Shown here in pieces: positions 41,638-51,515 of a stretch of 64,000 nt of DNA; positions within the stretch are counted from its first letter, which is position 1; each line of letters begins with the position of its first letter. Source of the DNA: an uncultured Gammaproteobacteria bacterium (GTDB lineage: Bacteria; Patescibacteriota; Patescibacteriia; SBBC01; CAIJZX01); the NCBI GenBank assembly GCA_964518425.1, contig CAZFGG010000002.1, positions 8,453-72,452 of the forward strand, written 5' to 3'. Below the pieces are notes generated by a model. It had not been told where the DNA came from, did not search any database, and saw nothing but the letters and a program-made list of their open reading frames with translations. The position numbers and the translations under genes were made by a program.

Positions 41638-42677
41638 GATGGCTTCCTCACCTGGTTCGCTCCCTTGACGATTTGCTGCTCAAGCGCGACAGTGAAAGAT
41701 CGAATGTCTCCGACTGGAACAAGGATATCCTGGTCGCTAGCAATCTCTGGATGTGGCCCAATGTTAAACATGACTGACGGAACACCACAAGCTCGTGCTT
41801 CTACGATCGGTAGGTCATACCCTTCCCAAAGAGTTGTTGTCGCATATACGCTGGCAGCACCATAATGGGCTGGGATATCCTCTTCCGGGACGTATCCGGC
41901 GAAAAAGACATCCGGCGTGGTAAGTGAATCGAGATATCGTCCATAACCTCCGAAGGTTCGCTTCCCAACTATCACCAGTGCAGCGCGGAAAGAAGGATTG
42001 AGTCCTCTAAACGCCTGGATCAACCCCTGAAGGTTTTTATGGGGAGCGATGCGCCCAATGTAGAGGATAATTGGACGATCGCCGAGTTTATACTTCTGAC
42101 GAATTTTTGTTCGATCGACCCCCGGATAGAACATTTTATGATTGTACTCGTCGTATTGAACCTCTGCTTCAATGCCTGTTAACCGCTTCATTTCGCCCTG
42201 TAAATACCGACTAATGCAGACCACGTGATCAGCCTGGCGCAAACTAGAGATCATCAGTCGTTCAAATAACCAAATGTAAACCTTTTCCATCCAGTTTCCC
42301 ATGACACTTGGCGGGGGTACGCCATGATCAAAGTAGGTATACCTTGCGCCATATTTCTTTTTTGCCGCCGCCGCTAACACGGTCAACGGGTATTGATGAC
42401 AAATAACTTCATCGAACTGAGCTAATTGTTTGAGGTGGCCCCGGACGAGCCAGGGGAGGAATGGGTACAGTAATCGAAAGATACGCTGCAAAAAAATACT
42501 TTTGGGCATGCCCAAAATAATAAGACGGTAGTCCGAGGTGGGTTGCATATCCGCTTCAAAGGTAAAGACAACAACTCGGTCGCCGGCGGCGACTCTCTTT
42601 TCGGCCTGATATTGAACCTGTCGTTCAATCCCGCTAAATGCCGAAAACGTGCCCGTCAAAAATGCTACTTTTTTCAT
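41634..42677 (-). CDS. Glycosyltransferase family 4
   Basis: GRIAPHKN, WEGYDLPIVEA. Confidence 0.9.
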   Translation of the reverse strand: MKKVAFLTGTFSAFSGIERQVQYQAEKRVAAGDRVVVFTFEADMQPTSDYRLIILGMPKSIFLQRIFRLLYPFLPWLVRGHLKQLAQFDEVICHQYPLTVLAAAAKKKYGARYTYFDHGVPPPSVMGNWMEKVYIWLFERLMISSLRQADHVVCISRYLQGEMKRLTGIEAEVQYDEYNHKMFYPGVDRTKIRQKYKLGDRPIILYIGRIAPHKNLQGLIQAFRGLNPSFRAALVIVGKRTFGGYGRYLDSLTTPDVFFAGYVPEEDIPAHYGAASVYATTTLWEGYDLPIVEARACGVPSVMFNIGPHPEIASDQDILVPVGDIRSFTVALEQQIVKGANQVRKPS

Positions 42678-43855
42678 GTCTGAGGCTGTTGAGCGGAATG
42701 TAGGATTTTTTTCTGTGCGAAGAGACTATTGAGCAGGGTATTGAATGCGGCAATCATTTTTACTCGATCAAATTCCTGGGCTCGTTCTTGTCCAGCTCGG
42801 CTGGCTGCTTCGCGGGCACTAGGGTCGGTTAGGTATACAACCAACCCTCTAACCAGCGCCTGCGTGTCTTCAACGGGGTATAATAGGCCGCCTTGGCCAT
42901 TGTTCGTCACCTCTCGCGTCGGAGCGATGTCTGAGCTGACATAAGGTGTCCCACAAGCCATTGCTTCGGCAGTCACTAACCCAAATCCCTCAACGGACGT
43001 CGGGAAGCTGAACACCGTTGCTCCCTTGATTGCTGCCAACACCGCAAGATACTCAGGTACAAATCCACGCCACTCGATGAATTGATCTAGACCCAAAGAC
43101 GTGGCTAACGTTTTTAGGCCTTTTTCTTCTGGCCCTGAACCGATAATCACTAGTTGGGCATCGATGCCCGATTTTCGAACTTCTACCAAAGCACGCAAAA
43201 GATTATCGACTCGCTTATATTGTACCAGTCGGGAAACAGTAATGATCGTTGGGCGTGAGAATTTTTCCGGCGTAACTCGATGGCATTGTTCCACATCAAT
43301 ACCATTATAGACTACATCAATTTGCTTTGGCGCTACATTGAAACGAATGAGTTTGTCCCTGGTGACCTTACTATTAGCAGCGTAGTGCCCCCAAAGCTGT
43401 CGTAGTGTTATCCGTTCGATTACTTCTCCGACAAGACCCATGATGAGTCCAACATTTTTTATCCACTCCCCGATCCACACGTCGTGATAGGTTAATATCG
43501 TTTTTAAGCGCCAGGCAGAAGAAAGTGTTAAAGCGATCGTGTACCCTCCAAAATTCTCTGCGATTAATACGTCGGGGTGTTGGGTCAAGGTAAACGACCG
43601 AGCAGCCATAAGATACCGAGCGCGATTGATCAACCCTCCTCCCTGTCGATAGTGACTCCTCGGTCCCGGACGAACAACTCGCACCTTACCAATATGATCA
43701 TCGAACGCCGTGTCTTGTTCTCGCTCAGCTACGACCGTGACCTCATGCTTTTCCGCCAACCCTTGAGTCATCACAAACGTTCGTAACTCAACGCCGCCGC
43801 GAACATCGGCGTCGGTATTCGTCGGATAAAATTCAGTCAGGAACAACAATCTCAT
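42674..43855 (-). CDS. Glycosyltransferase family 4
   Basis: GGVE, SRLVQYKR, EGFGLVTAEAMACG. Confidence 0.92.
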   Translation of the reverse strand: MRLLFLTEFYPTNTDADVRGGVELRTFVMTQGLAEKHEVTVVAEREQDTAFDDHIGKVRVVRPGPRSHYRQGGGLINRARYLMAARSFTLTQHPDVLIAENFGGYTIALTLSSAWRLKTILTYHDVWIGEWIKNVGLIMGLVGEVIERITLRQLWGHYAANSKVTRDKLIRFNVAPKQIDVVYNGIDVEQCHRVTPEKFSRPTIITVSRLVQYKRVDNLLRALVEVRKSGIDAQLVIIGSGPEEKGLKTLATSLGLDQFIEWRGFVPEYLAVLAAIKGATVFSFPTSVEGFGLVTAEAMACGTPYVSSDIAPTREVTNNGQGGLLYPVEDTQALVRGLVVYLTDPSAREAASRAGQERAQEFDRVKMIAAFNTLLNSLFAQKKILHSAQQPQT

Positions 43856-44193
43856 TGCACGGGTCGGCTTTTGTCCCCTTCGTGTAGAGTCAAGTTTCTC
43901 ACCAAGCTAGTCAACTCATGCTCAATGAACTCCAATTTGACATAGAGCCGAAACATTCCGTAGAACAACCCAACCACGGAAATGTACACGAGTGCGTCAA
44001 CTCCCCGTCCGATGCCGAGGGTATGCGCGAAGAAGTCCGAAACAGATGGCCACCACACAAACCAACTAATCGCTAACCACAAGAGTGACCAGAGCGACGT
44101 CCCAATGATTCCAATTGCTCCATCACGATAGCGCAACCATACGCGTGAGATGGCGAACAGGACGAAGATACTAACAATAATTTTAATATACAT
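43852..44193 (-). CDS. DUF2304-family membrane protein
   Basis: LGIGRGVD, ELTSLVR; directly follows a DPM1-like GT2, the usual arrangement. Confidence 0.8.
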   Translation of the reverse strand: MYIKIIVSIFVLFAISRVWLRYRDGAIGIIGTSLWSLLWLAISWFVWWPSVSDFFAHTLGIGRGVDALVYISVVGLFYGMFRLYVKLEFIEHELTSLVRNLTLHEGDKSRPVQ

Positions 44194-44195
44194 TC

Positions 44196-44867
44196 CTAAT
44201 GCGTCAGTTTATGCATGAAGATTTTGAAAGCAATACGAAACATTGAGCTAGTCCTTTGCCCCTTCCCGCGAGAGTAATAACTATAGGTAATGGTTACGGG
44301 AACCTCCTGGTAACGCAGTTTATGACGCACAATTTCATCGAGAATCTCTGATGCATGGGCCATCCGATCCTGGGCGATCCGAATTTTTTCGGCTGCGAAA
44401 CGATTCATGGCACGAAACCCATTGTGCGTATCGGTCACATCTATTCTTGACATAACCCGAGTAAAAACGATGCCTGCGTGCAACGCTAACCTTCGCAGCG
44501 GAGGGACATTCGACCCGTCCTTCAGAAATCGTGAGCCAAGTATGATATCGGCGCTGCCTTTTTCGATGGGCTCGAGCATTGATGCGATCTCACGAGGATC
44601 ATGTTGTCCATCAGCATCAAAAGTAACGATCGCCTCTGCCCCCTGACGCAGGGCATACATAATTCCGGTCTTGAGTGCGGCGCCCTGGCCACGGTTAATA
44701 ATATGTTTAAGCACAACCGCACCTGCAGTTCGTGCCTCCTGAACCGTATTATCCGATGAAGCGTCATCAACGACGACAACGTTAGGGTACAATGCACAGA
44801 CAGCGGCAACGACATGCCCAATGACTTTTCCTTCGTTATATGCTGCTATGACAATCCATGTTTTCAT
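44196..44867 (-). CDS. DPM1-like GT2 (polyprenol-phosphate glycosyltransferase)
   Basis: AAYNE, VDDAS, NRGQG, FDADGQH, GSRF, DTHNGFR. Confidence 0.9.
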   Translation of the reverse strand: MKTWIVIAAYNEGKVIGHVVAAVCALYPNVVVVDDASSDNTVQEARTAGAVVLKHIINRGQGAALKTGIMYALRQGAEAIVTFDADGQHDPREIASMLEPIEKGSADIILGSRFLKDGSNVPPLRRLALHAGIVFTRVMSRIDVTDTHNGFRAMNRFAAEKIRIAQDRMAHASEILDEIVRHKLRYQEVPVTITYSYYSRGKGQRTSSMFRIAFKIFMHKLTH

Positions 44868-45793
44868 ACCAATTCCCTTTTCGCCCAGTTCCATGTTTCA
44901 AGTAACCCAGTTGACAATGATGTCTTTGGTTCCCATTTTAACTCCTTCTTTGCAAGTTTCGAAGACAAAGCGCTTCTCATTACTTCACCGGCCAAGGGCA
45001 GACGGTGTTCTATTCTTGCCTTTATATTGGACACCTTGACTAAGGCTCTGGCCAAGGCATTGACCGATGTTTGCTTGCTGGTACCAATATGGATTTCACC
45101 ACTACGGGTGGCATTGTCAATCGTCTTCAAGTTGGCCTGTGTCACATCGTCGATATAAACATAATCTCTCGTTTGCCGGCCATTTCCATTAATCAATAAT
45201 GGTTGACGATGAAGCAGGCGCTGGGCAAAAATACTGACTACGCCGGCCTCCCCTTTTGGGTCTTGTCGCGGACCATAGACATTAGCATATCGAAGGCAGA
45301 CATTCTTCATTCCTCGATGAGTCCGATAAAATTGAAGGTATCGTTCGATACTATTTTTGGCAATTCCATAGGGTGATGCTGGTTCCGCCAAAGCGGTTTC
45401 CGGCGTTGGTAACTGAAAATCGTCGCCAAACATCGCTCCGCCGGTTGATGAAAAAATAAATTTCTTCACACGCACCCGGTGACTTTGTTCAATGATATTT
45501 AGTGAGCCGGTGATATTAATATCAGCATCCAGCAACGGATCCTCAACAGATGCGCGAACGTTTTTTTGGGCAGCGAAATGAAAAACGAATTGTGGTTTCA
45601 GTTTTTGCCAAATTTTTTTTACCCGCGTTGAACGGATATCGACAGTCATCAGCTGAGCTTGTGGGTGGACGTTCTTACGGTGCCCGGAAGAGAGATTATC
45701 GACCACGGTTACATGGTGAGATTTCCTAATTAATGCATCAACGAGGTGGGAGCCAATAAAGCCGGCACCCCCCGTAACAATAACTTTAGCCAT
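44864..45793 (-). CDS. UDP-glucose 4-epimerase-like SDR
   Basis: TGGAGFIGSH, SSTGGA, YGIAK, NVYGPRQ. Confidence 0.88.
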   Translation of the reverse strand: MAKVIVTGGAGFIGSHLVDALIRKSHHVTVVDNLSSGHRKNVHPQAQLMTVDIRSTRVKKIWQKLKPQFVFHFAAQKNVRASVEDPLLDADINITGSLNIIEQSHRVRVKKFIFSSTGGAMFGDDFQLPTPETALAEPASPYGIAKNSIERYLQFYRTHRGMKNVCLRYANVYGPRQDPKGEAGVVSIFAQRLLHRQPLLINGNGRQTRDYVYIDDVTQANLKTIDNATRSGEIHIGTSKQTSVNALARALVKVSNIKARIEHRLPLAGEVMRSALSSKLAKKELKWEPKTSLSTGLLETWNWAKRELV

Positions 45794-46826
45794 TATCTTC
45801 TTCTCCGTACCCCATCGTCCCCAACCCGACTGTCCGCAGGCCGCGCATGTAATCAATGGTTCGTTGTAATCCTTCCTGGAGCGGGACGACTGGGAACCAG
45901 CCTAAGATTTCCCGGGCTTGACGGATACTCGGAGTCCCCTGCTTGCTCGTTGAGGCTAGGGGTGGTTCATAGCGGATGTCCGAACGACCGCCGGCAATCG
46001 AGATGACGGTTTGGGCCACCTCCGCGACGGTATGTTCTTCCGGGTTACCAATATTGATTGGCCCCTGTTCACGAGATTGCATCATGCGGATGATCCCTTC
46101 CAAGGCATCAGTGATAAAGCAAAAGGTGCTGATGTCATCGCGATCACCGTGGATGGTAATTGGAATATTTCGTAAGGCGGCGTGAATAAATTCGGGGATC
46201 ATCCGACCATCGGTCAGACGCATCCGCGGTCCATAGGTATTGAAAAGGCGAATAATTTTAGCATCAAGATTGTATTTCTGGCGGTAGGCCACGGTCAGGG
46301 CTTCAGAAAAACGTTTACCCTCTTGATAGGGACTACGTGTTCCAACTGGGTCGACGTACCCCCAGTAGTTTTCCGGAAAAGGTGTCCGTTCAACCGGTTG
46401 GCCATAAATCGAGCCGCTGGAGAGCAGTAAAAACTTCGCGCCGTACTGCTTAGCCATATCTAAAGCATTTTTCGTGCCTAAAGAGTTTGCCAACAAGGTT
46501 TCGACTGGCATGGTCGTGTAATCTTTTGGCGAGGCCGGAGAAGCGAGGTGATAGATTTCCTGAATGCCCTGAAAAGGCACCTGGAAAACCTTCAGCTCTT
46601 TGAGGGCCTCAAGTTGAAGCGGCTGGGAAATGTCTTGCCGGACAAATTCAAAATTCGGGTTCGGCAGGAGGTGGTGAATGTTTTCCTCACGACCAGTGCT
46701 AAAATCATCCAGGCAAATCACTTTATGGTGCTGAACGAGCAGATCACACAAATGCGAACCTAAAAAACCGGCGCCGCCAGTAACGACGATGTTCTTTTTA
46801 TCGAAGGGGGCAGAGCGGACGGTCAC
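45786..46826 (-). CDS. UDP-glucuronate decarboxylase (UDP-xylose synthase)-like
   Basis: HLASPASP, YWGYVDP.G.RS.Y.EGKR, FNTYGPRM. Confidence 0.85.
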   Translation of the reverse strand: MTVRSAPFDKKNIVVTGGAGFLGSHLCDLLVQHHKVICLDDFSTGREENIHHLLPNPNFEFVRQDISQPLQLEALKELKVFQVPFQGIQEIYHLASPASPKDYTTMPVETLLANSLGTKNALDMAKQYGAKFLLLSSGSIYGQPVERTPFPENYWGYVDPVGTRSPYQEGKRFSEALTVAYRQKYNLDAKIIRLFNTYGPRMRLTDGRMIPEFIHAALRNIPITIHGDRDDISTFCFITDALEGIIRMMQSREQGPINIGNPEEHTVAEVAQTVISIAGGRSDIRYEPPLASTSKQGTPSIRQAREILGWFPVVPLQEGLQRTIDYMRGLRTVGLGTMGYGEEDNG

Positions 46827-47527
46827 GATCGTGGGTATCGTCCGCGCCAGCGATTGAGATGGAGGCTCAGGAGTTCGAACAAAGTAATAGGATAATCAAT
46901 CAAACGAACTTTTGACCGCTCATCGTTCCGCCAGATCACCGGTACTTCCTGAATGCGGAAGCCGAGGAGCCGAGCCAGATACAACAGCTCGAAGTCGTAA
47001 CCGAAACGATTGGTCCGTTGGAGCTGGAAAATCGTGCGAGTCCGCTGGTGGAAGAGCTTGAAGCCACATTGCGTATCGCGAATACCAGGAGCGGCTAAGA
47101 GCTGGATGAAGAGATTTCCGATCTGGCCCAACCAGATTTTCCACCGGGCCTGGGATCGTTGCACGTCTGCGCCCGGGGCACGGCGTGAGCCAATAATGAC
47201 ATCGGCTTGATCGGCCAAGCCGAGCAAGTGGTCAAGCTCTTTAATCGGGGTGGACAGGTCGGCATCGCACAGATAACGCCAGGTCCCCGTCGCGGCCAGC
47301 ATACCAGTCCGGACAGCGGCACCCTTGCCATAGTTATGCGGATGTTGCAGGAGCCGGATACCAGGGTACTGTCGAACGATATCGGCCGTTCCGTCGGTTG
47401 AACCATCGTCAACCACGATGACCTCAGCTGACGGATGGTGGGCGGCGAGGAATGAAAGGACCTTCGGGAGAGAGGCGGGCAACCGTTGAGCCTCGTTGTA
47501 GGCCGGAATAATTATCGACAGGTCCAT
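46823..47527 (-). CDS. Dolichyl/undecaprenyl-phosphate beta-glucosyltransferase-like GT2
   Basis: IPAYNE, DDGSTD, NYGKG, DADLS, DTQCGFK. Confidence 0.9.
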   Translation of the reverse strand: MDLSIIIPAYNEAQRLPASLPKVLSFLAAHHPSAEVIVVDDGSTDGTADIVRQYPGIRLLQHPHNYGKGAAVRTGMLAATGTWRYLCDADLSTPIKELDHLLGLADQADVIIGSRRAPGADVQRSQARWKIWLGQIGNLFIQLLAAPGIRDTQCGFKLFHQRTRTIFQLQRTNRFGYDFELLYLARLLGFRIQEVPVIWRNDERSKVRLIDYPITLFELLSLHLNRWRGRYPRS

Positions 47528-47569
47528 AACGGTTTCAGCCAAGTCGGCAGGTTTGACTATACAATAAAA

Positions 47570-48001
47570 TCAGGCTGCTGGCAAGTTGGCTGATGAAAAG
47601 GTCCATTGCCGGTTGGCCCAGAAATTCCAAAAGAGGACGAGGACAACCGCCACTGCGAAGGCGATGAAGTCGTGGACGCCCCAGGCGATATGCAAGACGG
47701 CGATAATCAGCTCGGATAAACCTAAGCCGACGAGATTGACGGCCAAGAATTTTCCATACTGATGATGGGCCCGTCCATGGTGGTGACGGAAGGTATACCG
47801 ACGGTTCAGGACAAAACTGACTGTCACGGCCACCACAAAGGCGATGACGTTGCCAACGAGCGGATGGATGTGCAATGGTCGTGTGGCCAGGATGTAGGTG
47901 CCAAAACTGACACCGGTGTTGATCACGCCGACAATAGCAAATCGACTGAACTGGTGAATCAGCGGACGATGACGGTGGTAATGATGGAGAAAAATTTTCA
48001 T
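47570..48001 (-). CDS. GtrA-family lipid-linked sugar translocase
   Basis: RFAIVG, SFVLNRRYTF, NFWANRQWTF. Confidence 0.9.
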   Translation of the reverse strand: MKIFLHHYHRHRPLIHQFSRFAIVGVINTGVSFGTYILATRPLHIHPLVGNVIAFVVAVTVSFVLNRRYTFRHHHGRAHHQYGKFLAVNLVGLGLSELIIAVLHIAWGVHDFIAFAVAVVLVLFWNFWANRQWTFSSANLPAA

Positions 48002-48005
48002 ATCT

Positions 48006-50360
48006 TTAATCAATTGCCGCCAACGAGAAGCCGTGAATATTCGTCAGCGTTCGTTGCCCTTCTTTTTTTCCAGTCAACGACCATTGCTGGAGAAACGAAG
48101 CCGATGCTGTTCCCGCCACCAGAAGCCGGTCGTAGCCATCGCCAGTCCACTCAGTCCCGACGATCTCAATCGGTCCAGTGTAGGGTTTTGTTGAGAGTGT
48201 CCAGTGTCGAACGACTGCACCGGTTGATGTGAGTATGTACAGAGGCCGGCGTCCGAGTGCACCAACGCCAACAGCTACGATTTCTTCATGACCGTCTCCA
48301 TCAAGGTCAACGGTCGTAATGGTCCAACCGCCGTGATACGAACGGCCAGCCGGAGCTAAGACTTTCTGACGATGATGGTGATCATCATAAATCCGTATTT
48401 CTGGCCCAGCCACCTGAGCCACGATCAATTCATCGTGGCCATCGCCGTTGACATCTCCTGAGGCTAGGGCCAGGCCTCCCCGGTATGTCTGGTACAAGAG
48501 TTGTCGGCCAAAGGAATGGCCGCTCGCGGAATACCAGTGCAATTCAGCGCCCTGGGTAGCCGTGGCCGTGACGATGGTTGCTCCTCCGCTAGCGTTGTCG
48601 AGCACAGCTGTATTGATTATGCCGTGAAAATTCCTGCCAAACGGCTGGAGCGCACGCACTGGTTGACCCCTGGTGGTGAGGACCGTCGAGGTCGAGGGAT
48701 GATTACTATACGACAAGATGAGTCGATGATTTCCTAACGCATCAAAGCGGCCGCTGGCAATGGTCGCTGGACCAGCCGGGCTACTGAACTGACGGAGTTT
48801 CGAATAGTTGTCACGATAGAGTCGAATTTGGCTCGACCCGGCAATACCGAGAACGGCCCGATGAAAGACATAGTGAAAGGTTAAAGCCGACGAGAGCTGC
48901 CCCAAGCCGTCCGTCGACTGAACAGAAAAAATGTATGTTCCTTCGTCAGACAACGTCGGAGAGAATGTGGTCGCCACTTGCTGGACGGTGCTGGTTGGAT
49001 GCCCGCTTTTTTGCCAGGATACACGGTACGTTGCGACGGCAGTGCCTGACCAGCTGAACTCCGGTTGGCGAAACGCGTAGGCTTGGCTATCGGTCAGTAG
49101 TCGTGCCAGACCCGTCGCTGAATGTACTTGCAGATTTGAAGGAGGGCTTGGTGACTTCGCTTGGCAGCCAGCAGCCTGGAGCGCTGCTGCCGCGTTGATC
49201 AAACCTGCTCCATAGTCAGTGTCATAGCCGGCTGGTCCTTCGTCAGTAGCCGTCGAGGCGAGGACGCTGCTGATTTGGCCAACCGGCAGGCCGCAGGCGG
49301 CTAGTAACGCGGCCACTCCACTGACGTGGGCTGTCGACTGTGACGTACCGACGTACCCGAGCGAACTGAACGACGTGCAATCCTTAGTCGAACACGTTTG
49401 TTGAATAATCCCCTGGCTGTTGTTTCCTCCTGGTGCCATGAGATCAAGACCCGGACCATAGTTGGCATAACTCGGCCGGGTCATGTCCGGCTGGACGGCG
49501 CTGACCGCGATAGTTTCTTCGTACCGGGCCGGATAATTGAGGGTAGCCGCGCCACTGTTTCCGGCAGCCGCAACGACAATGACGCCTTGGCTGACGGCTG
49601 CCTGAATGGCCTGGTGGAGGATCGGGTCGTCTTGGGTGCCGCCTAAGCTGAGATTAATGATCGTCGCTCCGTGATCGGCGGCGTAGGTGACTGCAGCGGC
49701 GATCGTCGTCGTTGAGCCGTCCCCTTGGCTATCGAGAACTTTGAGCGGCATGATGGTTGTTTGGTAAGCTATCCCGGCCGCGGCGACGCCATTGTTCGTT
49801 GATTCGGCGATGGTTCCCGTGACGTGAGTGCCGTGGCCATTATCATCGGCCGGGAGATTGTCTCCGTTGACGAAGTCCCACCCATGCGTATCATCGACCA
49901 AGCCGTCGTGATCATTGTCGATGCCATCTCCAGCTACTTCGCCGCCATTGGTCCAAAGGTGAAGACCGGAATAATCGGGAGCGGCAGAAGCAAAACCCGA
50001 ATCGAGAACCGCGACAATGACGCGGGGATCTCCCCCACCTGTAGGATCAATCGTATCTGCATCCCAAGCGGCTGGGATATTGATGGCCGTAAAATTCCAT
50101 TGTTGCGAAAAATCCGGATCGTTCGGCACGAACAAGGCATGGTAAGGAAGATTAGGCTGGGCCAGGCGACGAAGATTTGGCGGCAGCAATAAACGTTGAG
50201 CAGCCGAAAGTACCCGAACACCTGGGAGAAGGATCGCTGGTCGTCCAACATGGCCTCGGCCGGCCGAAGCTGGATATAACCACTCCGCCGCCCGACTAGG
50301 TTGAGCCCAGCTGACCGTCAAAAGAATGATCGCCGCGCCGAACCAATACTTCCACCTCAT
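48006..50360 (-). CDS. Secreted S8 subtilase with C-terminal FG-GAP-like repeats
   Basis: VAVLDSG, HGTHV, AAAGN, GTSQS; GDVNGDG/DLDGDG repeats. Confidence 0.88.
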   Translation of the reverse strand: MRWKYWFGAAIILLTVSWAQPSRAAEWLYPASAGRGHVGRPAILLPGVRVLSAAQRLLLPPNLRRLAQPNLPYHALFVPNDPDFSQQWNFTAINIPAAWDADTIDPTGGGDPRVIVAVLDSGFASAAPDYSGLHLWTNGGEVAGDGIDNDHDGLVDDTHGWDFVNGDNLPADDNGHGTHVTGTIAESTNNGVAAAGIAYQTTIMPLKVLDSQGDGSTTTIAAAVTYAADHGATIINLSLGGTQDDPILHQAIQAAVSQGVIVVAAAGNSGAATLNYPARYEETIAVSAVQPDMTRPSYANYGPGLDLMAPGGNNSQGIIQQTCSTKDCTSFSSLGYVGTSQSTAHVSGVAALLAACGLPVGQISSVLASTATDEGPAGYDTDYGAGLINAAAALQAAGCQAKSPSPPSNLQVHSATGLARLLTDSQAYAFRQPEFSWSGTAVATYRVSWQKSGHPTSTVQQVATTFSPTLSDEGTYIFSVQSTDGLGQLSSALTFHYVFHRAVLGIAGSSQIRLYRDNYSKLRQFSSPAGPATIASGRFDALGNHRLILSYSNHPSTSTVLTTRGQPVRALQPFGRNFHGIINTAVLDNASGGATIVTATATQGAELHWYSASGHSFGRQLLYQTYRGGLALASGDVNGDGHDELIVAQVAGPEIRIYDDHHHRQKVLAPAGRSYHGGWTITTVDLDGDGHEEIVAVGVGALGRRPLYILTSTGAVVRHWTLSTKPYTGPIEIVGTEWTGDGYDRLLVAGTASASFLQQWSLTGKKEGQRTLTNIHGFSLAAID

Positions 50361-51511
50361 TGGGGTAAGCTACCGACGATGATATCAAGTTGGACAGTTT
50401 GACCACGACGGTTCACGCCTAATCGCAGGTGGTCGCCGGGATGGTACGTCCGGAGGACTCGCTGCAAGTCGGCTTGGAGGTCATGATCATCAACCGTGAC
50501 AACCCGATCGCCAATTTTCATACCCGCTTTATCGGCCGGGCTTTTGGGGGTAACGGCTTGGTCGCCGGTATCAGCCCCAATGACCGCCGCGCCAATGTTT
50601 GGTTCATTGACGACGATAGCGTCGGAGAGCATGAGGAAACGGAATCCAAAACTAGGACGGCTAATCGACGCGCGCTGAAGCACTGAGCTAATGACGGCAT
50701 CGAGCCCATCAACCGGCCAGACCCGACCGTTCGCCCCGGCTAAGCCGACCAATTGCCCATCAGTCGTCAAGACCGCCGCGCCCAACTGCGTCACCACGGG
50801 TGCGTCGAGTTGCCAATAGTTTTCTTGGCGGTCGGAAGAACGCCAGCGCGGGCCCCCTTGACCGACCACGATCCGACTGACCGCGGTCGGTGTATTTCGT
50901 GATCCCGTCACGACCCATATCCGTTGTCCAGTCTGCATCGGTTCCGAGGCGATAGTGACCGGCGACTGGTCAAGATGCTCAACTTTTACAAAACTCACTG
51001 GGCTGGCCGGGTCAGCGATGGTTTGGCTAACCGTCGTCGGAGCGTTCGGCAAAATGACGGCGACTTCGCCCGTGCTCGGTAAGGCCTCGGTCAGTGTCAT
51101 CATCCAACCATTACTACTGAGCGGGGCGGCCAGGTGCGTGATCAATTCCTGAGAATAAATTCCTGATGGTCCTTGGTCCGGTGCTAAGCCAATAATACTG
51201 GCCATCGCTTTTTTGACAGGCGTCGGGACTTCTGTCGGATTCGGGGATTTTACTTCTTGGATGAGCGTGGTGTTCGAGGCCAAAGGCAACCAATGCAAGA
51301 AACGAAAATGGGGTGCATTACGCTCAAGCCAACCCCAACCGACGACGAATCCAGCCGTCGCGACCAGATTGAGAACGATGATCAAGAGAATAATACCAAA
51401 CCACGGTAGTCGTCGCGGCTGCGTCAGGCGTTGATCGTTCCAAACTTTCGCTACGACCGGTCCGGGGTCCGCGCGATATTTTGGTGAGGTCGGGTGAGGT
51501 TGAACGTCCAT
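50357..51511 (-). CDS. HtrA/DegP-like TM-trypsin-PDZ protein, catalytic residues apparently absent
   Basis: TM, LSSNGWMMT, QLDA..., DGQLVG, SPADKAG PDZ. Confidence 0.75.
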   Translation of the reverse strand: MDVQPHPTSPKYRADPGPVVAKVWNDQRLTQPRRLPWFGIILLIIVLNLVATAGFVVGWGWLERNAPHFRFLHWLPLASNTTLIQEVKSPNPTEVPTPVKKAMASIIGLAPDQGPSGIYSQELITHLAAPLSSNGWMMTLTEALPSTGEVAVILPNAPTTVSQTIADPASPVSFVKVEHLDQSPVTIASEPMQTGQRIWVVTGSRNTPTAVSRIVVGQGGPRWRSSDRQENYWQLDAPVVTQLGAAVLTTDGQLVGLAGANGRVWPVDGLDAVISSVLQRASISRPSFGFRFLMLSDAIVVNEPNIGAAVIGADTGDQAVTPKSPADKAGMKIGDRVVTVDDHDLQADLQRVLRTYHPGDHLRLGVNRRGQTVQLDIIVGSLPQ

Positions 51512-51515
51512 GTGG

